A DNA stretch of 64,000 nt from Camelus dromedarius (taxonomy: Eukaryota): contig NC_087447.1 of NCBI RefSeq assembly GCF_036321535.1, positions 45,448,001 to 45,512,000 on the forward strand, in the 5' to 3' direction. Positions 63,874 to 64,000 of this stretch are shown here, one piece after another. The position numbers and the translations under genes were made by a program. A model generated the notes under the pieces. That model did no database searches. It saw nothing but the letters and a program-made list of their open reading frames with translations, and was not told where the DNA came from. The stretch's first letter is position 1; each line of letters starts with the position of its first letter.

Positions 63874-64000
63874 GTCTTGACATCAAATGTGGATGTATTT
63901 AAAAGTCAACAACTGGAGCTCAAAAGGGTAAGAGTCAGTAAATAATTAAAATATATTTAATGACTTTAATTTGTATGATGCTTTTCATGTTACAAATATC

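Noticed and set aside
1..64000. Globin genes, 3'HS1, tRNA/rRNA genes, CRISPR arrays or prokaryote-type systems
   Set aside because: None recognisable; the window is mammalian OR-cluster DNA.

Overview
AT-rich mammalian DNA containing part of the class I (OR51/OR52) olfactory receptor cluster. From my recollection of the human proteins and gene order (no search run), this is the segment just 3' of the beta-globin locus. The L1 3' ends resemble camelid L1 families, and I saw no Bov-tA, PRE1 or Alu SINEs, so a camelid source is likely (inference). There are seven OR loci. Four are intact single-exon genes: OR52Z1-like 15987-16937(+), OR52A5-like 34541-35497(+), an OR51-family gene 49724-50698(-) and an OR51V paralog 62929-63873(+). 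Two are full-length pseudogenes: OR51V1-like 2474-3417(+) and OR52A1-like 21777-22708(-). The seventh is a ~210-bp OR51 TM5-TM7 relic at 41481-41693(-) that the ORF track does not reveal. The rest is L1, L2, MIR, MaLR/ERVL LTRs, a MER20, microsatellites, several short L1 insertions with target-site duplications (TSDs), and an ERV1 5' remnant (LTR, tRNA-Ile-like PBS, splice donor, degenerate gag start) at 58910-60034(-). I found no clearly new biological system. The best leads are regulatory: a GATA pair in the dead OR52A1-like gene with a CTCF motif just upstream of it, orphan OR-promoter-like elements, and the ERV LTR.
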